Below are positions 9,505-18,602 of a stretch of DNA of 64,000 nucleotides, in pieces (position 1 is the stretch's first letter; each line of letters opens with the position of its first letter). The position numbers were made by a program, and so were the translations under genes. Under the pieces are notes generated by a model, which saw only the letters and a list, made by a program, of their open reading frames with translations, was not told the DNA's origin and did not search any database. The DNA comes from an uncultured Acidobacteriota bacterium (GTDB taxonomy: Bacteria; Acidobacteriota; Blastocatellia; RBC074). The stretch covers positions 576,001 to 640,000 of the forward strand of contig CAWCKY010000003.1 of assembly GCA_963796275.1 (NCBI GenBank), read 5' to 3'.

Positions 9505-11397
9505 TTACCTTGTGTTGGATCCGAGCCATCCGCGGTCCCATGGATGCGCCAGAGTCGGGCGATTGGCATATCTGGTCATCTTGAACTCGATCCGCGAGCC
9601 GGCTCCGGGTTCTAAACGTACCGTGACCAGTGGCCCGTCGATGTTGGTCGTTCGCCCTGCAATTGTGGTCATATCGAATTGATGTTCCCCATAAGCCCCC
9701 GCCTGAACGATCACGGTTCGCGGCTCGATGGGGTTGAGGTTGACCAGGGTCAAGGTCGCAGATTCAGCCCCGAGTTTCTCTACGAGCGCGCCGACATCGT
9801 CCGGTAGACCGGCCCGTCGCTTGACCGGATCGAAATAACGGAACCGGCTGTTGAGCATCCATATCCTGCCATTTGCAAAGTAACCACCGAGCATCAAGTT
9901 GACCAGCGAGTTGGTCGCGGCGGGATTGTATTCGAGCAGATAATCGGCCAGTCGCGTGTCGGCCGTGGTTCTATCCGCCCGGATCTGTTCCATCTTCTGT
10001 CGCACCGTGGCGAGATCTGTTCGCAGTGCCTGCTCGGGATAATCGGCATTTCTGCCTTCCAGAAAACCGACCCAGCCCTCGACGGGCACACGCTCGAGGT
10101 CCTTCCGATCCATCGACCACAGGTATATCTCAGTGAGCCGGTCGGTGAACAGATTGTTGGTGTAGTGATACCAGCCCGGATTCCCCTTGTGTTTATAGCC
10201 GCGTGAGTCACCATACATTTGCGGCAAAAGAATTTTTCCATCCTCGACTTTTTTCTGGGCATATATTTTATCCATCTGGCGGCGCAGGACATCGATGTAA
10301 GATTGATCGCCGGTGAGCAACATTGCGTTGCTGAAGCCTGGCCACGATCCGGCCGTAAAATAGTTGCGGTGAGCGATCCTCTCTAGCTCGCCGTCATAGA
10401 TCGTGAAATTCCAGCCATAGGTGCCCTTCCACCATTGGCCTTCATGCTCGCCGCCCAGCTTTCCATCCAGCCCAACGTTGCTCGGAATCATCCCGTCGTT
10501 CTGAATCGTGCGCATCTTCCAGGCATCGACGTATTCGAGCACCCAGTCGCGATATTTCTCCTCGTCGGTCAACATGAATGCGTTCAGACCCAGGATCGTC
10601 GCCGCGAGATTGAGGAAATTGTCGCCAGCGCTATCGAGATACTCGTCGCAATGGGCGAGCATCTTCGGGTAATAGGTTTTCATGTCGAGTAGCCTGCCGC
10701 GCCCGGCCGGGTTGTGGAGTAAGTGGAAACTGCCGGGAACGGGGTCGCCTACCCAATCGTAAACGGTCGCCTTGCGCAACATCGGCCCTTTGCTGCCATT
10801 CCATATGCTCTTGATGATTTTGTGCGTCTGATCGTAGTTGGCGGCCTCAGGGTCTTCGTTCATGTACATTCCGGCGAAGCGCTTCATGCGCTCGCGGTAT
10901 ACCACGTTGTCGGGGTCGGAGAGCCCCTGCAGAAGAAATGCGCGCATACCCTCGCCGGTATGGAACCAGTCGGATTGGGTGATGAATTCTTTATAGTAAG
11001 CTCCGTTAGCGGCCAGCTCCGTCAATTTCGTCCGTAATTCGTTATATTGTCTCCAGTGACCCTCCTGCGCTTTTTTAAAGAGCTGAAGAACCGAATCGGA
11101 GCCGCCGAGGGCGTGCAGCAGGGTCCAGTTGTAGAATGTCTCTATCGCGTCATCGGGGCCGTCAAGCGTGCCCCAGCGGATAGTGTGAAGGAGGTATCCC
11201 CGTTCATCGACGTACTTCTCGTAGAACCGCTCGCACGCAAGAGAATTGAATCGCAAGAGGTCGCGTTCGAGTAATGCCCAGGCCGGAGGCGCCATGGGAC
11301 TCTTGACGCTAAGCGTTGCTTCCGGTGGCGATGTTATGGTCAGGAGAAAAGCGGGAATGAGAAACAGACGCGAAAGCAGAGTCGATCGTGAAGTCAT
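9505..11397 (-). CDS. Conserved-looking secreted hypothetical protein (630 aa, Trp/Tyr/Asp-rich)
   Basis: Long ORF with signal peptide; motifs GPDDAIETFYNW, DWFHTGEG, WWKGTYGW. No function recognised. Confidence 0.8.
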   Translation of the reverse strand: MTSRSTLLSRLFLIPAFLLTITSPPEATLSVKSPMAPPAWALLERDLLRFNSLACERFYEKYVDERGYLLHTIRWGTLDGPDDAIETFYNWTLLHALGGSDSVLQLFKKAQEGHWRQYNELRTKLTELAANGAYYKEFITQSDWFHTGEGMRAFLLQGLSDPDNVVYRERMKRFAGMYMNEDPEAANYDQTHKIIKSIWNGSKGPMLRKATVYDWVGDPVPGSFHLLHNPAGRGRLLDMKTYYPKMLAHCDEYLDSAGDNFLNLAATILGLNAFMLTDEEKYRDWVLEYVDAWKMRTIQNDGMIPSNVGLDGKLGGEHEGQWWKGTYGWNFTIYDGELERIAHRNYFTAGSWPGFSNAMLLTGDQSYIDVLRRQMDKIYAQKKVEDGKILLPQMYGDSRGYKHKGNPGWYHYTNNLFTDRLTEIYLWSMDRKDLERVPVEGWVGFLEGRNADYPEQALRTDLATVRQKMEQIRADRTTADTRLADYLLEYNPAATNSLVNLMLGGYFANGRIWMLNSRFRYFDPVKRRAGLPDDVGALVEKLGAESATLTLVNLNPIEPRTVIVQAGAYGEHQFDMTTIAGRTTNIDGPLVTVRLEPGAGSRIEFKMTRYANRPTLAHPWDRGWLGSNTR

Positions 11398-11472
11398 AGC
11401 ATTTTACCTTTCAGTCTACTTCGAAGACTCAGATTCAAAATTTGACATCACAACATGTGTGGATTGGGAGCC

Positions 11473-11635
11473 TCGGGAGTGCGGTACATCGATCTGCCGC
11501 CGGCGAATTCCTGCTGGGCAGCGAATCAGTACCGCGAGCGGTAGACTTTCGGAGTAACCCCTTTGCGGTAGCATCGCTGGCTACCGCTTGCGGTACTGAT
11601 TCGCCAGCCGTGTTTCTAGGGCTGCCGCACCCCGA
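11473..11635. repeat. Nested REP-like doublets
   Basis: Inner inverted repeat gcgaatcagtaccgcgagcggtag (11521-11544) / ctaccgcttgcggtactgattcgc (11581-11604), 23/24 match. Outer looser pair tcgggagtgcggta / tgccgcaccccga. Confidence 0.8.
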
Positions 11636-11728
11636 AGTCTCCGCTAATAACAGTATTCAACAGGCAATGTAATGGTTCAGCGGCTCTGGAGGCAATAGCA
11701 TCTATGATAATCTATCAGCACAATAATT

Positions 11729-13372
11729 ATGTTTTCTCTTCGAAATACAAACCTGAAATTTGCACATGATAGTCTTCTCCGGCAATCGCTGATGGCCCTG
11801 GCGAGCGGCCTGTTACTCGTTCTTTCGTTCCCCAATTTCGCCTTCGCTTTTCTGGCCTGGGTCTCGCTTGCGCCATTGCTGCTGGTGATCGCAAACGGCG
11901 TCACTATCAGGCGAGCGCTGTGGCTGGGATGGCTGACCGGAATAGTCTTTACATTTTTTTCCGAGAACTGGATCGCGAATTCGATGGTCTATTTCGGCGA
12001 GATGCTTACGGTGGTCGCTTATGCGGTTGCGCTGCTCTTTGCGGCCATCCTCGCCCTATTCCCCGCGATCTTTTGTGGAGCCATGTCGAGGCTTGTTCAC
12101 AAATTCGGCTGGTGGTCGATGGCATTGGCGCCGATCGTTTGGGTCGCGACGGAGTGGCTGCGGCCGGCTATCACTGGTGTCACCTGGAATGCGCTGGGCG
12201 TTTCTCAAGCGCTACATTTTCCGATCGCCAAGCTGGCCCGATTTGGCGGAGTATATCTGATAAGCGCCGAGATCCTGACGGCCAGCACTCTAATCGTCCT
12301 TATGCTCAAAATACGGGAGCGAAATGTGGCGAAAGCCGCCGGGCTTTTATTGACGGGTGCCGCGCTTTTTTTCACACTTCCCGGGACGGAGGGTGAGAAT
12401 CGATCGCCCGGTGTGAAGGTCAATGTTCTCGGCATACAACCGAATCTCATGCCCAACAGCTCCGACACGACTGAGGCGTTCAACCGTAATCTTGAGGCGA
12501 GTATAAGTCTCACGCGCGAGGGAATCGGACGAACTCCTGGAAAGACGGCCGGGATAGTCGTCTGGGCGGAATCGCCGATGGCGCTCTTCTACGAGAATGA
12601 TCCCGGTCTGCGCAGTCGGCTTGAAGCGCTGGCGCGGGAGACCGGCAGTTATCTCATCCTCAACACCGTCGCGCGTGAAGGCGAAACCTATTTCAATAGC
12701 ATCGATATCGTCAGTCCGGAATCAGGCGATCAAAACAAGAACCGGGCCGAGCAATTCATCCGCTATGACAAGATCGTGCTGGTGCCCTTCGGGGAGTTTG
12801 TCCCCTGGCGGTCAGTGCTCGGGCGTTTTGTTCCCGCAATCGTCGGGGACTTTATGCACGGCCGGGAAGCCGTCGTTAACACGCTCAAGCTGCAGACGAT
12901 GCGCCGCGGCATCATGCCGGATTCGGATAATGGAGCGAGTTTTCAGGAGGCTATCGAACGCACAACAAACTATGTTCGAGTCGGGGCGTTTATCTGCTAT
13001 GAAGCCGCGTACCCGGCCGTCATCAGACAGTTCGTTCGAAATGGCGCAACATTGCTGGTGAATGTTTCGAACGATGTGTGGTTCGGCGACACGGCCGGCG
13101 CCCGCCAACATCTGTTGCATGCAATGATGCGCGCCATTGAGAATGATCGTGATCTGGTGCGCGTCACGAATACCGGAATCAGCGCCTTGATAACCTCAGA
13201 TGGCCGCATCATCGACCAGATGCCGACCTTTAGCGCCGGAGCTCAATTATGGGAGGCGACGGCTCATCGCGGACAGACGTTTTATGTTCGGCATGGCGAC
13301 TGGTTTGCATACGCATGCCTTGCCTTAAGCTTGCTGGCTTTGGCGCTGACATTTGGCCGAGCCGCCCGTTGA
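11729..13372 (+). CDS. lnt: Apolipoprotein N-acyltransferase
   Basis: Multi-TM N-terminus; nitrilase triad in WAES, YDKIVLVPFGE, ICYE; SNDVWFG; RAIEN. Exact start uncertain. Confidence 0.95.
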   Translation: MFSLRNTNLKFAHDSLLRQSLMALASGLLLVLSFPNFAFAFLAWVSLAPLLLVIANGVTIRRALWLGWLTGIVFTFFSENWIANSMVYFGEMLTVVAYAVALLFAAILALFPAIFCGAMSRLVHKFGWWSMALAPIVWVATEWLRPAITGVTWNALGVSQALHFPIAKLARFGGVYLISAEILTASTLIVLMLKIRERNVAKAAGLLLTGAALFFTLPGTEGENRSPGVKVNVLGIQPNLMPNSSDTTEAFNRNLEASISLTREGIGRTPGKTAGIVVWAESPMALFYENDPGLRSRLEALARETGSYLILNTVAREGETYFNSIDIVSPESGDQNKNRAEQFIRYDKIVLVPFGEFVPWRSVLGRFVPAIVGDFMHGREAVVNTLKLQTMRRGIMPDSDNGASFQEAIERTTNYVRVGAFICYEAAYPAVIRQFVRNGATLLVNVSNDVWFGDTAGARQHLLHAMMRAIENDRDLVRVTNTGISALITSDGRIIDQMPTFSAGAQLWEATAHRGQTFYVRHGDWFAYACLALSLLALALTFGRAAR

Positions 13373-13520
13373 CTTTTATACGGGGTTGAATTAATTTGCA
13401 AATAATCGGTTAATACAAGTTGGCATATAATTTTTCAGGCATTTCAAAAAATATTTCTGTTCCGCTCTTTTGAGAATTTGGACGCGATACACAACCATCA
13501 ACCTTAACGGAGGACAGACT

Positions 13521-13877
13521 ATGGAAAAGGGCCTGACTTTCGCCGACAACGATGCTTTTTATAAGGATCTTGTGGATCTAGAGTCTCGCAAAGAGGCGTA
13601 CCTGATCGACACCGGAATAATGGAGGCAAAGAACCTACCCTTGCGCCTGGTTCACCACATTGGCCTCACAAAGGACGAAATCGCACATGTTCAACACAAA
13701 GTTGTTGAAGAACCTGCCTGGATGCACGAGATAATCGAGCCGATGCTGATCAAATTCAATGAAATGATCGGAAAATATCAACCGGCGCGCGATTACGAGT
13801 TTACGGTCGAGGCTGAAGATTTTGATACCATCAAGATTCACGGCCGTCCCAAAGCTGCGATATCAGCCAGTGCGTAA
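13521..13877 (+). CDS. Hypothetical cytoplasmic protein (118 aa)
   Basis: GGAGGA RBS before ATG 13521, AT-rich upstream region, hairpin downstream. Confidence 0.75.
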   Translation: MEKGLTFADNDAFYKDLVDLESRKEAYLIDTGIMEAKNLPLRLVHHIGLTKDEIAHVQHKVVEEPAWMHEIIEPMLIKFNEMIGKYQPARDYEFTVEAEDFDTIKIHGRPKAAISASA

Positions 13878-13885
13878 AACATCGG

Positions 13886-13956
13886 TCTGGGAGGTGAGGA
13901 CTGGAGGCTGTGGCCTTCGAAAAGGACCGTGGCCTCCAGCCTCACTTTCCAGCCCC
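13886..13956. terminator. Palindrome between convergent genes, likely bidirectional terminator
   Basis: gtctgggaggtgaggactggaggc ... gcctccagcctcactttccagcc. Confidence 0.55.
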
Positions 13957-13962
13957 GATGTT

Positions 13963-14307
13963 TTATTTGACTTTCCGGTCCGTCTCCTCCAACGCGCTGG
14001 CGAGGTTTCGTCCACCCCAGTTAATTCCCTGTATATATCTGCCCACTGCGCCGACGCGTGCACCTTTTGATGGCACTCCTCGTTGAGTGATCACCCATAT
14101 TTTCCCTGTCTCATCGCTCAACTCGTAAGCGCCCTGACCAAGTGCTCCAAAACTATTCGTCACATCACCGATAATTAAAATTTCTTTGCCCCGATAACGC
14201 GAGGGGTCTCCGTTCAGCTGGTTGATTGTGGTCTGCTGAGGACAGGCTGTTAAAAAGAGTGAAGACGCGAGTAACAGGATTGCGACGGAAAATTTTCGCT
14301 TCATCAT
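13963..14307 (-). CDS. Small lipoprotein with probable OB-fold
   Basis: Lipobox LTAC; I.G.V...GAYELSDETGKIWV pattern typical of OB-fold proteins. Confidence 0.75.
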   Translation of the reverse strand: MMKRKFSVAILLLASSLFLTACPQQTTINQLNGDPSRYRGKEILIIGDVTNSFGALGQGAYELSDETGKIWVITQRGVPSKGARVGAVGRYIQGINWGGRNLASALEETDRKVK

Positions 14308-14493
14308 TCCTCCTTCAAAGTTTGATTTACAGTCGAAACTTTACGAAGGGGAATCGCTGTACGAGCCCGCTGCCGCAGAAGACGCCGCATGGGTCCTCTG
14401 TCTCGCATCGGCGATCGAGCTCTCAAATTTTCGACCGGCGCCATTATAGCCTATTCCTTTGCCGAGCGCACTGAATCGGTGGATAATCAAACT

Positions 14494-15144
14494 ATGCTCA
14501 AACTCCCTAAATTCTATGCGATCACTGATTGCCAGCTGTCGAACTGCTCGCACGAAGAGATAGTGCGGAAAATGCTCGCCGGACGCGCGCGCATGATTCA
14601 ACTGCGAGACAAGGAGGCGAGCAGCCGCGAACTGCTCGATGCTGCCCGCGCTTGTTTAAAAAGGACGCGGGCAGCGGGGGCCAAATTGATAGTCAATGAC
14701 CGCGTCGATGTCGTTATGACGGCCGAGGCCGACGGCGTGCATCTCGGCCAGGGCGATCTGCCGGTCGAAGAGGCCCGCGAAATATTGGGCAATGAAAAAA
14801 TCATCGGCCTCTCCACCCATTCGATCGAGCAGTTTCGAGCCGCTCTGGAGACATCTGCCGATTACATAGCAGTAGGCCCGATATATACCACCAAGACCAA
14901 AGAAAACGGCGACCCCGTCGTGGGGTTGGAACTCGTTATGGAGGCAAAGAAACTGACCGACCGCCCGATCGTCGCTATCGGCGGAATTAATCTGGAGCGC
15001 GCTCCGCAGGTTATTGCGGCCGGAGCCGACAGCGTAGCCGTGGTATCGGCGCTCTATCCCATAAGCGGACTCCGCGATATAGCTGCTAAACCGGACATCA
15101 CAGGGAGCGTCCGTTCGTTTCTCAAGACGTTGCGCAAAAAATGA
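14494..15144 (+). CDS. thiE: Thiamine-phosphate synthase
   Basis: IQLRDK, IVNDR, DGVHLGQGD, GLSTH, T.TK, VAIGGI. Start placed at ATG 14494. Confidence 0.93.
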   Translation: MLKLPKFYAITDCQLSNCSHEEIVRKMLAGRARMIQLRDKEASSRELLDAARACLKRTRAAGAKLIVNDRVDVVMTAEADGVHLGQGDLPVEEAREILGNEKIIGLSTHSIEQFRAALETSADYIAVGPIYTTKTKENGDPVVGLELVMEAKKLTDRPIVAIGGINLERAPQVIAAGADSVAVVSALYPISGLRDIAAKPDITGSVRSFLKTLRKK

Positions 15145-16571
15145 TCAAGATCGATATCATACAAAAACTCGAAGAAATCGCCGGCGCCCGGTATGTTACG
15201 ACCGCGCGGGAGATCATCGCCGAAAATTCACAGGATGCCCTGAAGCAGGTCTTTCCGGCGGATGCGGTAGTTTTTCCACGAACTGCCGAGGAGATCGCGT
15301 CGATTATGAGGCTCGCCAATGAACGGGGCTTTTTTGTAACGGCGCGCGGCGGCGGGGTCGGTTATACGGGCGGCGCTGTACCTGTCAGAGGCGGAGTCGT
15401 GCTTGCCACCAAACGGATGAATAACATTCTCGAGATCAACAGCGCGGACCTTGTCGCGGTCGTCGAACCGGGAGTGACCAATTATGAATTGCAGAAGACC
15501 GTCGAGGCCGAAGGGTTGTTTTATCCGCCTGATCCGTCGAGCTGGAAGGAGTCATTCATCGGCGGCAATATTGCGCTCAATGCGGGAGGGCCGCGCTGCG
15601 TCAAATATGGCAACACGAAACAGTTCGTTCTGGGCCTGGATTTCGTTACGCCGACCGGAGATATCATTCGGGCCGGAGGCCGGGTCCCGAAGAACGCCAC
15701 CGGATTTCATCTGGAAAGTCTGATGATCGGGAGTGAGGGAATGCTCGGCATCATTACGCGTTGTATCCTGCGCCTGATTCCGAAGCCGGAGGCGCGGCGC
15801 ACGGCACTCGCGATCTTTGAGACGGCGAGGGACGCGTGCAATTGCGTCGCAGATTTCACTACTTCCGGCATCCTACCCTCTGCGCTTGAGCTGCTCGACC
15901 GCACTTCAATTAACGCAATTGAAAATTATGAGCCGTCCGGGTGGCCTCGCAGCGCGGGCGCTTTGCTGATTATCGAGGTGGATGGGTTGCGCGAAGCGGT
16001 GGCGCGTGAATCTGAGATTGTACGCGAAATGTGCATAAAGCATGGCGCGATTCAGTTGCGCGAGGCTGCCGACGCCGCCGAAGCTGATGCCATTTGGGAG
16101 GTCCGGAGAAAGATGTCCCCTGCTGTCGCGCGAACCGGCCGGATCAAGCTCAATCACGACATTGTCGTTCCTCGATCGCGAATTCCCGCGATGCTCGAAT
16201 TCCTGGAAGAACTCGGCAGTACCTCCGGTTTTCTCATTCCGACCTTCGGGCACGCGGGCGACGGCAACCTGCACGTCAATGTGATGCTGCCAGATGACGA
16301 CCTGGATACGCGCAAACGGGGCGCTGATACGGTCCGGCAAATTTTTGAAAAAGCGATCGATCTCGGCGGGACAATCTCGGGCGAGCACGGCGTCGGATAT
16401 GCCAAAGCGCCGTACTTCGGTCTTGCAGCGACGCAGCCGACGATCGAATTAATGAAGAAGCTCAAAAATGCGCTCGATCCGAATGGCGTTCTCAATCCGG
16501 GCAAAGTACTGGAAGCCCCGATGGCCGCATACGAAGTGGGTTTTATCAATAGTGATCAGGAGTGCTGTTAA
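15141..16571 (+). CDS. FAD-linked oxidase, GlcD/D-2-hydroxyacid dehydrogenase family
   Basis: RGGGVGYTGG, YPPDPSS, GSEGMLGIIT, GHAGDGNLH, SGEHGVG, DPNGVLNPGK. Confidence 0.92.
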   Translation: MIKIDIIQKLEEIAGARYVTTAREIIAENSQDALKQVFPADAVVFPRTAEEIASIMRLANERGFFVTARGGGVGYTGGAVPVRGGVVLATKRMNNILEINSADLVAVVEPGVTNYELQKTVEAEGLFYPPDPSSWKESFIGGNIALNAGGPRCVKYGNTKQFVLGLDFVTPTGDIIRAGGRVPKNATGFHLESLMIGSEGMLGIITRCILRLIPKPEARRTALAIFETARDACNCVADFTTSGILPSALELLDRTSINAIENYEPSGWPRSAGALLIIEVDGLREAVARESEIVREMCIKHGAIQLREAADAAEADAIWEVRRKMSPAVARTGRIKLNHDIVVPRSRIPAMLEFLEELGSTSGFLIPTFGHAGDGNLHVNVMLPDDDLDTRKRGADTVRQIFEKAIDLGGTISGEHGVGYAKAPYFGLAATQPTIELMKKLKNALDPNGVLNPGKVLEAPMAAYEVGFINSDQECC

Positions 16572-16572
16572 G

Positions 16573-16698
16573 AGGCGGGATTACATTTTTCATTTTACAT
16601 TTGTCACTTTACATTTGTCATTGAAGAAGCTGCATATCTACATTTACAAATGTGAAATGTAAAATGACAAAAATAAAATGAAAAATGTAATCCCGCCT
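16573..16698. repeat. Long palindrome with 7-mer periodic arms between convergent genes
   Basis: 25-bp perfect inverted repeat aggcgggattacatttttcatttta / taaaatgaaaaatgtaatcccgcct, continued inward by cattttt/catttta/catttgt heptads. Confidence 0.9.
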
Positions 16699-16701
16699 TT
16701 T

Positions 16702-17085
16702 TTAGCTAGTGGCAATCGCGCGCAGGATGTCCATCGTGGTGATTATTCCGACTATATTTTTCTCTTCGGCTACGACAACCCGGTGAATGCTGCGGTTATA
16801 CATCAACTCGCATATTCGTTGCAGAGTATCGTTCGGCGATACGGTCACTGCAGGTTTGGTCATGATCTGCCCGGCGGTGCTGGGAGACCAGGCACCGATA
16901 CTGTTGGTTTTGCGAATGATATCTGTTTCCGAGATTACCCCGACCAGATTGCCAGACTCGTTGACGACGGGAGCGCCCGTGATCTTTCGCTCAATTAGGA
17001 TTCTAGCCACTTCTTTGAGAGGCGTCGTCTCTTTGACGGTGAGTACATCTTTGATCATGACGTCGGAGGCATAGAGTGTCATCAT
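16702..17085 (-). CDS. Stand-alone CBS-pair protein
   Basis: Two CBS repeats (GAPVVNESGNLVGVISETD; VVVAEEKNIVGIITTMD). Confidence 0.92.
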   Translation of the reverse strand: MMTLYASDVMIKDVLTVKETTPLKEVARILIERKITGAPVVNESGNLVGVISETDIIRKTNSIGAWSPSTAGQIMTKPAVTVSPNDTLQRICELMYNRSIHRVVVAEEKNIVGIITTMDILRAIATS

Positions 17086-17159
17086 ACTTATATTCTCCTT
17101 GATCGAATTGGGAGCGCGATCAGCCGCGAAGATGGCCCGCTAGCGCTATTATTCTCGCC

Positions 17160-18149
17160 TCAACTGAATGAAAATGGAACCGGTATGAATGAAAGAATAA
17201 AAACAAGTAAACCGATCACCGCAACGAGCTTGCGCGTAAATCCCAGGGGCTCGCTCTGATCGACGACCGGCGGATGTCCAATTCGGAGCATCAATGTCAG
17301 AATCACACCATAGACCATCCAGGTCCAGGGCATATTATTCCAGACCGTATAGATGGCCAGCCCGATGACGGCTAGATAAGATCCCAGGGCAACCGCGCGA
17401 TGGCCGCGCGGGCCGAAGATTGCAAATGTGATGTGACCTCCGTCCAGTTGGCCCACCGGCACCAGGTTTAAGCTGGTCATAAAGATGCCCACCCAAGCTG
17501 CCCACCAGACGGGGTTAATAATCACCGGAGGCAGATCGAATATGCGCTCAAAAAATTGGAAAAGCAGCGGGCTATTAATAATGAGGAACACGCCTTCACT
17601 ATCGGCTGCAATCGTGTCTCCCACCGCGAAATAATGGGCGACGTACGCGGCCGGCACCGCGAAGACGAATCCCGCGAGCGGGCCGGCGATGCCTATGTCG
17701 AAAAGCGCGCGTCGTGATGGTATCTGTGATTTGATTTTGATGAACGCGCCGAAGGTCCCGATAGGCGGTAGCGGCACGGGAATGAAGTACGGCAAGGTAG
17801 CGCGTACTCCATACCATCGGCAGGCGATATAGTGACCCATCTCGTGCGCCCCCAGAATCGTAAGGATAGTGAATGAGTAGATGATGCCATTGGCCAACCC
17901 CAGGCTCAATGTTTGAGAAGATTGTGTGCCGTAAAACCAGATCACTCCAACCCCTGTCGTCGTCAAAATCGTAAAACCCAATAGCAGAAGATGAAAGAAT
18001 AGTCTGCCACCAGTTATATCTCTCTCGGACTCCGGGGTTGAGGATGATGGCGGCAGCCGATGAACTATCGTTGGACGGTAGACTTCCAGTTCATGCGCGG
18101 CGGACGAAGTCCCTAAATTTGGATTAGGTAAAAAAGGCGATTGATCCAT
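17160..18149 (-). CDS. Site-2 protease (M50) family membrane metalloprotease
   Basis: HEMGH, AGPLAG, NLVPVGQLDGGH. Confidence 0.92.
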   Translation of the reverse strand: MDQSPFLPNPNLGTSSAAHELEVYRPTIVHRLPPSSSTPESERDITGGRLFFHLLLLGFTILTTTGVGVIWFYGTQSSQTLSLGLANGIIYSFTILTILGAHEMGHYIACRWYGVRATLPYFIPVPLPPIGTFGAFIKIKSQIPSRRALFDIGIAGPLAGFVFAVPAAYVAHYFAVGDTIAADSEGVFLIINSPLLFQFFERIFDLPPVIINPVWWAAWVGIFMTSLNLVPVGQLDGGHITFAIFGPRGHRAVALGSYLAVIGLAIYTVWNNMPWTWMVYGVILTLMLRIGHPPVVDQSEPLGFTRKLVAVIGLLVFILSFIPVPFSFS

Positions 18150-18161
18150 AAGAAACCGAAG

Positions 18162-18461
18162 TCACTTTTTCTTGAAGAGGTTATCGAATTGCTTGCGAAC
18201 ATCATCGCGCTGAACGGTCTGTGCTCCCCCGCGGGAGGTTAGGGGGATGCGGTTATTCGGCTCAAAATAATCGCAGAAGTTGGCCTTCGCTTTGTCGCGT
18301 ACATATTCCGCCTGTACCTCGCTGCACTGTTTATTCTTACCCGGATCAAAAAATCGGCAATTCTTGCAGCAGTGCATATCCGCGTCGCAATGCGGACATT
18401 CATCGGCTCGCGCAACTTTACCTATCAACTTAATCTCACGTCCACAATTGTGACAGACCAT
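18162..18461 (-). CDS. Small Cys-rich (probable Zn-binding) protein
   Basis: From ATG 18461: CHNC...CPHC...HCCKNC...C...FCDYF (9 Cys in 99 aa). Confidence 0.8.
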   Translation of the reverse strand: MVCHNCGREIKLIGKVARADECPHCDADMHCCKNCRFFDPGKNKQCSEVQAEYVRDKAKANFCDYFEPNNRIPLTSRGGAQTVQRDDVRKQFDNLFKKK

Positions 18462-18602
18462 AACTCTTCCTCTGTTGGTAATTTGAACTGTGCCTTCTAG
18501 ACTAGTCCGGGCAATCTTTCCGCTCTGAGACCTCTGCAAGATAGATTGTTTAGATCGAGGACGGTAGAATGTCACTGTCTGATAACCTTGAAATGGTAGC
18601 AC

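Noticed and set aside
13420-13440. Possible sigma-54 promoter TTGGCATATAATTTTTC
   Set aside because: The -12 TTGC element is missing.
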